DNA of 64,000 nt. It comes from Alphaproteobacteria bacterium (GTDB taxonomy: Bacteria > Pseudomonadota > Alphaproteobacteria > Bin95). This document shows, one piece after another, positions 41,362 to 50,407 of the stretch (within the stretch, counting starts at the first letter, position 1; every line of letters starts with the position of its first letter). The stretch covers positions 1,312,001 through 1,376,000 of the forward strand of contig CBDBGH010000003.1 in NCBI GenBank assembly GCA_965205265.1, written 5' to 3'. Made by a program: the position numbers and the translations under genes. The notes below the pieces were generated by a model, which saw only the letters and a list, made by a program, of their open reading frames with translations, had not been told where the DNA came from and ran no database searches.

Positions 41362-42399
41362 ATGCGGCTCGGCATCACGCTCGGCTACAGCGGCGGCGAC
41401 ATGGCGGACAAGGTGGCGCTCGTGCAGGAGGCCGAGCGCCTCGGTTACGAGATGTGCTGGACCTCGGAGGCCTGGGGCACGGACGCGATCTCGCCCGCCG
41501 CCTGGCTGCTCGCGCAGACCTCACGCATCAAGGTCGGCACGACCATCATCCAGATGCAGTCACGCTCGCCGGCGCTGGCGGCCATGACCTCCATGACCCT
41601 GCAGGAGATGTCCGGTGGGCGCTTCGTGCTCGGCATCGGCCCGTCGGGCCCGCAGGTGATCGAGGGCTGGCACGGCGTGCCGTTCGGCAAGCCGCTGGCG
41701 CGCACCCGCGAATATATCTCGATCATCCGCCAGATCCTGCGCCGCGAGGGCGTGCTGGAGCATCACGGCGAGCATTACGACATTCCCTATCACGGGCCGG
41801 GTGCCACCGGCCTCGGCAAGCCGCTCAAGACCATCCTGCATCCCGACCCGGACCTGACGATCTACACCGCCGCGATCACGCCGGCGGGCGTGCGCACCGC
41901 GGCGGAGGTTGCGGACGGAGTGATCCCGGTCTTCATGGACCCTGAGAGCGATGTCTTCGCGGAGCCGATTGCGGAAGGCATCGCCAAGGCGGGCAACGGC
42001 AAGACGGCCGCCGATTTCGAGGTCGTGCCCTTCGTGCCCGTCCGCGTCGGCGACGACCTTGAGGCCTGCCGCGCCCCGGTGCGCGAGCATCTCGCCTTCT
42101 ATGTCGGCGGCATGGGCGCGCGCGACAAGAACTTCTACAACGACTATGTCGGGCGCATGGGCTATGAGGACGCGGCGCGCAAGGTGCAGGATCTGTTCCT
42201 CTCCGGCCAGCGCAAGGAAGCGAGCGCCGCGCTGCCGGACGAGCTGGTGGACAGCGTGGCGCTGCTCGGCGACAAGGCCCGCATCCGCGACCGGCTGGGT
42301 GCGTGGAAGGACGCCATCGCCGCCGGCCGCGTCGCCGGCATCGCGCTGACCGGCGCCACGCCCGAGGCGGTCCGCACGGTGGCCGAGGCGGCGGCCTGA
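41362..42399 (+). CDS. LLM-class oxidoreductase (F420-dependent-like subfamily)
   Basis: SEAWGTDA, GGRFVLGIGPSGPQVIEGWHG, YVGGMGARDKNFYN. Confidence 0.85.
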   Translation: MRLGITLGYSGGDMADKVALVQEAERLGYEMCWTSEAWGTDAISPAAWLLAQTSRIKVGTTIIQMQSRSPALAAMTSMTLQEMSGGRFVLGIGPSGPQVIEGWHGVPFGKPLARTREYISIIRQILRREGVLEHHGEHYDIPYHGPGATGLGKPLKTILHPDPDLTIYTAAITPAGVRTAAEVADGVIPVFMDPESDVFAEPIAEGIAKAGNGKTAADFEVVPFVPVRVGDDLEACRAPVREHLAFYVGGMGARDKNFYNDYVGRMGYEDAARKVQDLFLSGQRKEASAALPDELVDSVALLGDKARIRDRLGAWKDAIAAGRVAGIALTGATPEAVRTVAEAAA

Positions 42400-42432
42400 G
42401 CGGGCAGGGCGCACGACGCGGGGAGATAGCGA

Positions 42433-42837
42433 ATGGCCCGTCGGCATATCGAAGTGGACAAGCCCTGGCACAGGAGCATTCCCTTTGCGCAGGGCGTCGT
42501 GGCGACGGGCTCGCTGCTGTTCACCTCCGGCATCACGGCGCGCACGCCCGACGGCAAGATCGACGGCGTGGGCGACATGCGCCGGCAAATGGAGGTCTGC
42601 TTCGCCAACATGGCGGCGGTGCTGGAGAATGCCGGTATCGGTTGGGGGGACATGGTGAAAATGACCATGTACACCACCGACATCGAAGGCTTCAGCGAAC
42701 ATGCGGATGTCTGGCGGCGGCACTTCACGGGACGTCCGGGCAGCACGCTCGTGGAAGTCAGCCGGCTCGCCCTGCCGGAGATGCTCGTCGAGATCGAGGC
42801 GGTGTTCGACATGGGCGAAGCCGGCGACGCCGCGTGA
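42433..42837 (+). CDS. RidA/YjgF family protein
   Basis: FTSG, PGSTLVEVSRLALPEMLVEIEAV. Confidence 0.85.
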   Translation: MARRHIEVDKPWHRSIPFAQGVVATGSLLFTSGITARTPDGKIDGVGDMRRQMEVCFANMAAVLENAGIGWGDMVKMTMYTTDIEGFSEHADVWRRHFTGRPGSTLVEVSRLALPEMLVEIEAVFDMGEAGDAA

Positions 42838-42847
42838 GGAGGCTTCG

Positions 42848-44152
42848 ATGCCGGACGGTTCGCTGACATCCTTCATGGCTGCAAAGGCAGGGGATATCCT
42901 CTCCGCCTGCACAAGCTGCGGCGCCTGCGTCGAGGCCTGTCCCGTCGTGCCCCATGCGGGGATTTCGGATGTGGCGCCGGAGGCGGTTGCCGGCGGTGTG
43001 CTGCAGGTGTTGCGGGACGGCGGGCGGCTGGAGGGGCCGGCGGACGCCTGGGTGCATCAGTGCAATGGCTGCGGCGCGTGCATTCCCGCCTGCCCGGAGG
43101 GCGTCAATCCGCGCAACATGGTGATGCTCGCCGCTGCCAAATCCTCGGAAACGCACAGCGACACGCCGCAGCTCTTCCGCAAGATGGCCCGCGCCATTCG
43201 CCTGATGGCGGCGATGCAGCTTGCCCCGGCGGACCTGGCGCGGCTGCTGCAGCCGCCGAAGCCGCGGTCCGTGCCAGTGGTTTTCTATGTCGGCTGCAAC
43301 GCCGTGCGCACGCCGCACCTGCTGTTCAACGCGATGTATGTGCTCGACGCCATCGAGGTCGATTACGAGGTGCTGGGCGGGCCGGCCGCCTGCTGCGGCA
43401 TCATCCACACCAAGTGGGAAGGCGAGACGGAGGCCGGCGGGCGCGTGACCGACGGAACGCTCAAGCGTTTCGGCGACTTCCAGCCGGAGCGGGTGCTGAG
43501 CTGGTGTCCCTCCTGCCAGCTCCATATCGGGGAGACGGTGGAAGGCTATGGCGAGGCGGCCTTCGCCTTCGAGCATGTGACCGGCTATCTGGTCGAGAAC
43601 GAGGAGCGGCTGCGCGGCCTCTATACGACGGAAGTGCCGATGCGGGTGCTGCTGCACGCGCATGAGGGCATGGCGGAGCTGGGCCGGAATGTCGCCCGGC
43701 TGCTGGGCGATGTGCCGGGGCTGGAAATCGCCGGCATCGCCTGGGAGTCCGGTTATACCTGCGGCGGCTCCGGCCAGGACCGCTCGCCCGGCCTCAAAGC
43801 GGAGCGCCGCAGGGCGACCTATGCGATGGCCGAGGAGACGGGCGCGGAGGCGCTGGTCTCGCTCTATCACGGCTGCCACGCGCAACTCTCCGCCGGAGCC
43901 GAGACGCAGGGCCCGCCGGTCGTCAATTTCACGGATTTCCTGGTGCGCGCGCTGGGCGGCGAGCCGCGCGAGGACCTGCTGTCCGGCTGGCGGATGGCCG
44001 GCGACTGGCAGGCGCTCGCGGCGCGCAGCATGCCGATGTTGGAGCGGAACGCGGTTTCGGTCGATCCGGACCGGTTCGCGTCCTTGCTCCCGGACATGCT
44101 GGCGAGCAAGGAGTTCACAGGCGGCCTCGACGAGCTTGTCCGGCCGCGGTGA
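42848..44152 (+). CDS. Fe-S/CCG-domain oxidoreductase (GlpC/HdrD-like)
   Basis: CTSCGACVEACP, CNGCGACIPACP, CCG, WCPSC, TCGG, YHGCH. Confidence 0.8.
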   Translation: MPDGSLTSFMAAKAGDILSACTSCGACVEACPVVPHAGISDVAPEAVAGGVLQVLRDGGRLEGPADAWVHQCNGCGACIPACPEGVNPRNMVMLAAAKSSETHSDTPQLFRKMARAIRLMAAMQLAPADLARLLQPPKPRSVPVVFYVGCNAVRTPHLLFNAMYVLDAIEVDYEVLGGPAACCGIIHTKWEGETEAGGRVTDGTLKRFGDFQPERVLSWCPSCQLHIGETVEGYGEAAFAFEHVTGYLVENEERLRGLYTTEVPMRVLLHAHEGMAELGRNVARLLGDVPGLEIAGIAWESGYTCGGSGQDRSPGLKAERRRATYAMAEETGAEALVSLYHGCHAQLSAGAETQGPPVVNFTDFLVRALGGEPREDLLSGWRMAGDWQALAARSMPMLERNAVSVDPDRFASLLPDMLASKEFTGGLDELVRPR

Positions 44153-44172
44153 ACGCCTGCCGCGCTTTGTGA

Positions 44173-44646
44173 ATGGGCAAAGTCGTTCTCGAGGTCAACG
44201 GCGCGGTCCGCGAGGTCGAGGCGGACCCTGCGACGCCGCTGATCTATGTGCTCCGCAACCGGCTGGGCCTTGTCGGCGCAAAGCTCGGCTGCGGGCTGGA
44301 GCAGTGCGGGGCCTGCGCCGTGATCGTCGATGGCGAGAAGGTGCTGAGCTGTGTGCGGGCCGTCTCCGAATTCGAGGGGTGCCGGATCGTGACGGTGGAG
44401 GGCCTTGCGGAGGGCGCGGACCTCAACCCGGTGCAGCGCGCCTTCCTGGAAACCGGCGCGGCCCAATGCGGCTATTGCACGGGCGGGCTGGTCGTGGCGC
44501 TGACCGCATATCTGGAAACGGCGGAGCGCCCGGACCGGAAGGGCGCGATCGCCGCGCTCGAAGGCCATCTCTGCCGCTGCGGCGCGCATGCCGACGTGCT
44601 GCGGGCGGTGGACCGGCTCGTCGCCGGGGCGGCCGATGGTGTTTAG
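44173..44646 (+). CDS. [2Fe-2S] small subunit of a xanthine-oxidase-family molybdoenzyme (CoxS/IorA-like)
   Basis: GCGLEQCGAC, QCGYC, LCRCG. Confidence 0.92.
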   Translation: MGKVVLEVNGAVREVEADPATPLIYVLRNRLGLVGAKLGCGLEQCGACAVIVDGEKVLSCVRAVSEFEGCRIVTVEGLAEGADLNPVQRAFLETGAAQCGYCTGGLVVALTAYLETAERPDRKGAIAALEGHLCRCGAHADVLRAVDRLVAGAADGV

Positions 44647-44876
44647 AGCACGATCCTTTCAGACTGAAGCAGGCGGTATCCTGACCCTCTTTCCGTCATG
44701 CCCGCCCCCCATATCGTCATGCCCGGACTTGTTCCGGGCATCTCCCTCGGGACAGTCGCGGCGGCGGAAGTGGATGCCCGGAACAAGTCCGGGCATGACG
44801 GACAGGAGAGCGTCCGGGCATGACGGGACGGAAGACGCCGCGCTTCGCGCCTGGCCTGCGCCCGCGAAAGCGGGGA
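44640..44876. mobile_element. REP-composite insertion flanked by a 16-bp direct repeat
   Basis: CCGGGGCGGCCGATGG at 44624-44639 and 44877-44892; internal perfect 28-bp IR 44715-44742 / 44773-44800. Confidence 0.8.
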
Positions 44877-44888
44877 CCGGGGCGGCCG

Positions 44889-47042
44889 ATGGCGGTTAAC
44901 CCGAGCCTTCTCGCCAATCCGGCGCTCGACGACTGGCTCTCCTTCGACGCCGGCGGGACCGTCACCGTGCGCAGCGGCAAGGTCGATATCGGCCAGCGCA
45001 TCTCGACGGCGGTCGCCCTGCTGGTGGCGGACGAACTGCAAATCGACCCCGGCCGGGTGGAGGTCGCGCGGGTGGAGACCGGCCGCTCGCCGGACGAGGG
45101 TTTTACTTCGGGCAGCCAGTCGATGGCCCAGACGGGCAATGCGGTCCGGCTGGCGGCGGCAACGGCGCGGCGGCATCTGCTGGAGCGCGCCGCCTGGGCG
45201 CTGGAGGTCGATCCTGCCGAACTGGAGGTCGATGACGGCGCGATCCATTCCCGCGCTACCAACCGGAAGACGAGCTATTGGGAACTCGCCGCCGGCAGGC
45301 CGTTCGGCATCGCTGTCGATGCGGAGGCGCCGCTCAGGCCGCGCGCGGCCCTCGGCCATGTCGGCGGCGCGGCAAGGGCGCGGGGGCTGGAGGACATCCT
45401 TCGCGGCCGGCCTTGTTTCCTGCACGACATGAGCCGGCCCGGCATGCTGCATGCGCGCACGGTGCGCCCGCCGCACTACCATGCGCGGCTTACGGTCCTG
45501 GACGAAGCCGTAGTCGAACGCCTCGCGACGGAAGGCGTCGAGATCGTGCGCGACGGCAGCTTCCTCGCAGTTGCGGCGGCGGACGAATATGCGGCGGTCA
45601 GGGCGGCGGAGCGTCTCGCCGCTGCCGCGTCCTGGGACATGGGCGGCGGGCTTCCCTCCGGCGACATCCACGAGAGTCTGCGCGCCAATGAGAGGGTGAG
45701 CCTGCCGGTCATCGACGGTGCGCCGGTCGAGGCTCCGGTTCCGCCGCTCGACCCCCTGCCGGCCGGGGCGGTCGCCACGCTCGAAGCGCGCTACGAGCGG
45801 CCTTACCAGATGCACGGCTCGCTCGGCCCCTCGGCTGCAATGGCGGCGTTCGCCGAGGGCGTCCTGACCGTCCATACCCACAGCCAGGGCGTCTATTTCC
45901 TGCGGGCCGCGCTCGCAGAGGCGTTCGGCATGGAGCCCGACGCGGTCCGCGTCATCCACGCGCCGGGCGCCGGCTGCTACGGCCATAACGGCGCGGACGA
46001 CGCCGCCTTCGACGCGGCCCTCATCGCCCGTGCGCTTCCCGGCAGGCCGGTGATGCTCAAATGGACGCGCGAGGAGGAGCATGCCTGGGAGCCCTACGGG
46101 TCCTGTGCCTCGATGGACCTCCGCGCGAGCCTCGACGGCGAGGGCCTGATCGCCGCCTGGTCTCATGAGACCTATAGCGATACCTATTCCATGCGGCCCC
46201 GGCCCGGTCCGAACCGGATGGGCGCGGCGCGGCTGCTCTCCGCCCGGTTCCTGGCCGAGCCGCTGGAGCCGCCCGTCATGGGCCCGGCGATGGCGCCCCA
46301 TATGGGCATCCACCGCAATCTCGACCCGCTTTACGACCTGCCCGAGAAGCGCCTTGTGAAGCATCTGGTGCGCGGCATGCCGCTCCGGGTCTCGGCGCTG
46401 CGCTCGCTCGGCGCCTATGCCAATGTCTTCGCCATCGAGTCCTTCATGGACGAGCTCGCGGCGAAAGCGGGCTGCGACCCCGTGTCCTTCCGGCTCCGCC
46501 ACCTTTCGGACCCGCGCGGGCGCGCCGTCGTCGAGGCGGCGGCGGCGCGCCTCGACCCCGCGGGCGCGGACTGCAGGCAAGGCCGGGGGCGCGGGCTCGG
46601 ATTCGCGCAGTACAAGAACAGCGCCGCCTATGCCGCCGTCATCATGGAAGTTTCGGTCGGCGATGCGGGCGACATCCGGCTCGAACGCTGCGTCATCGCG
46701 GCCGATGCCGGCGAGATCGCGGACCGCGCCGGCCTTGCCGCGCAGCTGGAAGGGGGCGTCATCCAGGCGGCAAGCTGGACGCTGCACGAAGCGGTGGCGT
46801 TCGACCGGGACGGCATTACCAGCCAGGACTGGGACACCTATCCGATCCTGGGCTTCGACAATGCGCCCGCGTTCGAGACCGTGCTGATCGACCCCGGCCG
46901 GCAGCCGTTCCTCGGCGCGGGAGAAGCGACGGCCGGCCCCACTGCAGCCGCCATCGCCAATGCCGTTCATGCCGCGACGGGGCTGAGGCTCAGGCGAATT
47001 CCGTTCACGCCCGATACGGTGCGCGCCGCCGCCCTGGCGTAA
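44889..47042 (+). CDS. Molybdopterin-binding large subunit (IorB/nicotinate dehydrogenase B-like)
   Basis: SGKVDIGQ, TSGSQS, GCYGHNG, LRSLGAYANVFAIESFMDE, QLEGG, GAGE, AIANA. Confidence 0.88.
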   Translation: MAVNPSLLANPALDDWLSFDAGGTVTVRSGKVDIGQRISTAVALLVADELQIDPGRVEVARVETGRSPDEGFTSGSQSMAQTGNAVRLAAATARRHLLERAAWALEVDPAELEVDDGAIHSRATNRKTSYWELAAGRPFGIAVDAEAPLRPRAALGHVGGAARARGLEDILRGRPCFLHDMSRPGMLHARTVRPPHYHARLTVLDEAVVERLATEGVEIVRDGSFLAVAAADEYAAVRAAERLAAAASWDMGGGLPSGDIHESLRANERVSLPVIDGAPVEAPVPPLDPLPAGAVATLEARYERPYQMHGSLGPSAAMAAFAEGVLTVHTHSQGVYFLRAALAEAFGMEPDAVRVIHAPGAGCYGHNGADDAAFDAALIARALPGRPVMLKWTREEEHAWEPYGSCASMDLRASLDGEGLIAAWSHETYSDTYSMRPRPGPNRMGAARLLSARFLAEPLEPPVMGPAMAPHMGIHRNLDPLYDLPEKRLVKHLVRGMPLRVSALRSLGAYANVFAIESFMDELAAKAGCDPVSFRLRHLSDPRGRAVVEAAAARLDPAGADCRQGRGRGLGFAQYKNSAAYAAVIMEVSVGDAGDIRLERCVIAADAGEIADRAGLAAQLEGGVIQAASWTLHEAVAFDRDGITSQDWDTYPILGFDNAPAFETVLIDPGRQPFLGAGEATAGPTAAAIANAVHAATGLRLRRIPFTPDTVRAAALA

Positions 47043-47115
47043 TCCCGCCGCCGGCGCACAACAACGCCAGGGCCGGGGAGGGCAATCGCGTTCGGATGTC
47101 GTGCGTGAACACCCT

Positions 47116-47580
47116 CGTCATGCCCGAACGCCCCCTCCGTCATACCCGGCCTTGTTCCGGGTATCCATGCGGCCGCGCCGGGAGAAGCGATAGAGGGATG
47201 CCCGGATCAAGTCCATTGCTGTCCGGTTCAGCCGTCGTGCGAGGCCGGTCTGGGGTTTGGGCGTGTGCGGCGTCTCCTGTCCGGCATGCCCGAATGCCCC
47301 CTTCGACAAGCTTGGAACAGGCTTCTCCGTCATACCCGGACTTGTTCCGGGTATCTCTCTCCACAGCTTCCGTCGGACGGCCGCATGGATACCCGGAACA
47401 AGTCCGGGTATGACGATGTGAGGGTTAGGACGCCGGGCGCCGATCCGAGTCCCGATTCAGCCGGACCCTTCAAAACCCGGTTGAATCCAAGCCATGCGCC
47501 CTGCCCGCAAATCCTAAACCGGACAGCAGTGGATCAAGTCCGGGCATGACGATATGGGGGCAGGCATGACGATATGAGGG
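47116..47580. repeat. Nested CGTC-REP composite
   Basis: Several CGTCAT[AG]CCCGG..CCGGG[CT]AT palindromes; outer REP interrupted by an inner element. Confidence 0.85.
47215..47530. mobile_element. 316-bp MITE-like element inserted into a REP arm
   Basis: TIR ATTGCTGTCCGGTTCAG / ACTGCTGTCCGGTTTAG (15/17); 11-bp duplication GGATCAAGTCC at 47204-47214 and 47531-47541. Confidence 0.75.
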
Positions 47581-47595
47581 TCGGGCGGTCACCTG

Positions 47596-47641
47596 TTGAC
47601 ATTGCAATGTTATATAGTATCGATATGTTATCGTATCTCAT
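47596..47641 (+). promoter_or_regulatory. Promoter with Zur-box-like AT-rich motifs
   Basis: TTGACA followed by ATGTTATATAGTAT and ATATGTTATCGTATCTCAT upstream of a His-rich metal-uptake operon. Confidence 0.5.
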
Positions 47642-47697
47642 AAATGCAGCTCGGGTGGAGAAGCCGTGTTGCGAAGGAACGCGGGGGAGGAACACAA

Positions 47698-49215
47698 ATG
47701 CGCGGACTCCTGAGGTTTGTGCGGGCGGCGGTCGTTGGATTGCCGGTCCTGTTTGCCGCTTCGGCGGCCGAGGCGCAGTCGGGGCCGCCGACGGCGGAAG
47801 AGTTGGCCGCGCAGATCGACGCGCTAAAGCAGGACTACGAAAAGCGCATTGCGGCGCTCGAAGCGCAGATTGCCGCGATGAAGGCCAGGCCCGCGGCCGC
47901 GGGTGGGAAGGCCGCTCCGGCGGCGCGGATCGCCAAGCGGACCGGCGACAACAGCTTCAACCCGGCCATCGGCGTCGTCCTCAATGCCATGTTCGTGGAC
48001 CGCTCCGACGAGGAGGTGGGGCTTCCCGGCTTCCAGGTCGGCCATGAGTCCGAACGCCCGGCAAAGGGCTTCTCGCTCGGCCACAGCGAAGTGACGGCGT
48101 CGGGCAATATCGACGACAAGTTCCGGGGGTCTCTGACGCTCGGCCTCGGCGCCCATGGCAACGAGACGGAGGTCGAGCTTGAGGAGGCCTATATCCAGAC
48201 CCTGGCCGGCTCCGGCCTGCCGGACGGGACGCGGATCAAGGCGGGCCGGGCGCTCTGGACCTTCGGCTACCTGAACGAGCAGCACGCCCATGGCGACGAC
48301 TTCGCCGACCGCCCGCTGCCCTACCGCGCCTTCCTGGACGGCGCCTACAACGATGACGGCATCGAGCTTTCCGTGGTGCTTCCGGGCGATATCTACAAGG
48401 AGGTCGGCGGCGGCCTGTTCCGTGGCGGCGATACGCCCTTCGGCGGCTCCGAATCCGGCCGCGAAGCCTGGTCCGCCTATGCGCGCATCGGCGGCGATGT
48501 CGGCAGCAATTCGGCGCTGCGGCTCGGCGCCTACGTCCTCGACGGCACAGCCCACGGCCGGAGCGGCGTCGCGCATGCGCATGGGCATGACGACGAGCAT
48601 GCGCATGAAGACGAGCATGAGCACGAGAACGGAGAGAATGGCCACCACGCGGATGAGAACGGAGAGGAAGAACACGAGGAGCATGCCCATTCCGAGTTCT
48701 TCTCCGACGGCATGTTCACGGGCGACACGCGGCTCTTCGGCGTCGATTTCCGCTACACTTGGGCGCCGACGGGCAATGCGCGAGACAGCGAGCTGATCCT
48801 CCAGGGCGAGTATTTCCGCCGCAGCGAGGACGGTGACTACACGCTGACGGAGAACGAATGCGCAGACCATATAGAGCAGGATGACGGCACAGAGGTGGAT
48901 CATGACCACGAAGTCTGCGTAGCGCACACCGATACCGAGTCCTTCAGCGGCGACGCCAATGGCTGGTATGCGCAGGCGGTGTACAAGTTCCTGCCCCAAT
49001 GGCGGGTCGGCGCCCGCTATGCGCGCCTCTCGCCGCCGAGCGCTGCGGAGGTGGACGATACGTCCACGATCAGCGCCATGCTCGACTGGACCAACAGCGA
49101 GTTCGGGCGGGTCCGGTTCCAGTACAACCGCGAATCCTCCGGCGACATGCGCGACAACCAGCTCATCCTGCAATATGTCATGAGCCTCGGCGCCCACGCC
49201 GCCCACAGCTTCTGA
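47698..49215 (+). CDS. His/acid-rich outer-membrane beta-barrel (putative Zn-uptake porin/receptor)
   Basis: Signal peptide, coiled coil, FNPAIGV, LEEAY, GYLNEQHAH, SEFGRVRFQY, LGAHAAHSF; H/E-rich insertions. Confidence 0.75.
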   Translation: MRGLLRFVRAAVVGLPVLFAASAAEAQSGPPTAEELAAQIDALKQDYEKRIAALEAQIAAMKARPAAAGGKAAPAARIAKRTGDNSFNPAIGVVLNAMFVDRSDEEVGLPGFQVGHESERPAKGFSLGHSEVTASGNIDDKFRGSLTLGLGAHGNETEVELEEAYIQTLAGSGLPDGTRIKAGRALWTFGYLNEQHAHGDDFADRPLPYRAFLDGAYNDDGIELSVVLPGDIYKEVGGGLFRGGDTPFGGSESGREAWSAYARIGGDVGSNSALRLGAYVLDGTAHGRSGVAHAHGHDDEHAHEDEHEHENGENGHHADENGEEEHEEHAHSEFFSDGMFTGDTRLFGVDFRYTWAPTGNARDSELILQGEYFRRSEDGDYTLTENECADHIEQDDGTEVDHDHEVCVAHTDTESFSGDANGWYAQAVYKFLPQWRVGARYARLSPPSAAEVDDTSTISAMLDWTNSEFGRVRFQYNRESSGDMRDNQLILQYVMSLGAHAAHSF

Positions 49216-49285
49216 GCCCCGGAGACACGCCATGAAGGGGGCTCATGTTTCGGGGGCGGCCCGCCCCTTTTCGGGCGCCCTTTCC

Positions 49286-49439
49286 CGTCATACCCGCCTC
49301 TCATATCGTCATGCCCGGACTTGTTCCGGGCATCTCCCTCCACCGCTTCCGCCGGCCGACCGCATGGATACCCGGAACAAGTCCGGGTATGACGGAGAGG
49401 GGCGTTCGGACATGACGCAGGGGGCGTTCGGACATGACG
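49286..49439. repeat. CGTC-REP composite (inverted relative to the 47116 copy)
   Basis: IR arms 49307-49334 / 49367-49394 plus tandem GGGGCGTTCGGACATGACG. Confidence 0.85.
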
Positions 49440-49489
49440 GAGCCGGGGCAGAGCTTGCATCGATGCAATTCCCAAAGGGTCTCTAGGCC

Positions 49490-50407
49490 ATGAAAATGAA
49501 ACGAACGGCGCTGGCGGCCGCGCTCGCGGCCGCCCTGCTGTCGCCGGCGGCGGCGGACGCGGAGGTCCGGATCCTCGCCTGCGAGCCTGAATGGGCGGCG
49601 CTTGCGGAGGAAATCGGCGGCGGCGATGTCGTTGTCCACTCGGCGACCCACGGCCGGCAGGACGCGCACCACATACGCGCGCGGCCCAGCCTGATCGCCA
49701 AGGTGCGGCGCGCGAAAATACTGTTCTGCTCCGGCGCGGACCTGGAAGTCGGCTGGCTGCCCGTGCTTCTGGAACGGGGCGCGGGGCGAATCGTCCAGCC
49801 GGGCCAGCCTGGGCACATCATGGCGGCGGACCATGTCGAGGTGCTGGAGCGGCCGGCAGTCGTGGACCGCAGCCTGGGAGACATCCACCCGGGCGGGAAT
49901 CCGCATGTCCATCTCGACCCGCGCAACATCGCTATTCTTGCCGGAGTGCTGACGGAACGGCTGGAGCGGATCGACCCGGAGCGCGCGGCGGCCTACCGGC
50001 AGCGGCTGGCGTCCTTCCAGGCCCGCTGGGCCGACGCCGCGGCCGGCTGGCGCGAGCGGGCGGAGAAGCTGGGCGGCATGAAGGTGTTCGTCCATCACAA
50101 GGCATGGCCCTATCTGCTGCACTGGACGGGGCTGGAACAGGTTGCGGCCCTGGAGAGGGTTTCGGGCGTTCCGCCGACCGCATCGCATCTGGCCGAGGTC
50201 CTCGAACTGGCGCGGGGCAGCGGCGCGAAGGCCATTCTCCGCGCGCCCTTCGACCCTGAGGACGCCTCTGAGTGGCTGTCCGGGAAAACCGGGCTTCCGG
50301 CCGTCGAGCTTCCGTTCACGGTAGGCGGCCGCCCGGAGGCGACGGACCTGTTCTCCCTGTTCGACAGCACGCTGGCCCTGCTCGAGGAGGCCAGAGATCG
50401 GTCTTGA
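49490..50407 (+). CDS. Zn/Mn ABC substrate-binding protein (ZnuA/TroA family)
   Basis: QDAHH, GADLEVGWL, GDIHPGGNPHVHLDP, HKAWPYL. Confidence 0.88.
   Translation: MKMKRTALAAALAAALLSPAAADAEVRILACEPEWAALAEEIGGGDVVVHSATHGRQDAHHIRARPSLIAKVRRAKILFCSGADLEVGWLPVLLERGAGRIVQPGQPGHIMAADHVEVLERPAVVDRSLGDIHPGGNPHVHLDPRNIAILAGVLTERLERIDPERAAAYRQRLASFQARWADAAAGWRERAEKLGGMKVFVHHKAWPYLLHWTGLEQVAALERVSGVPPTASHLAEVLELARGSGAKAILRAPFDPEDASEWLSGKTGLPAVELPFTVGGRPEATDLFSLFDSTLALLEEARDRS

Noticed and set aside
47116-47580. Repeated ~28-bp palindromes as a CRISPR array
   Set aside because: Repeats are inverted pairs with irregular spacing, are dispersed across the window, and there are no cas genes; they fit REPs
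48569-48690. His/Glu-rich low-complexity stretch as a DNA tandem repeat
   Set aside because: Codon-level variation; it is a protein metal-binding loop rather than a DNA repeat
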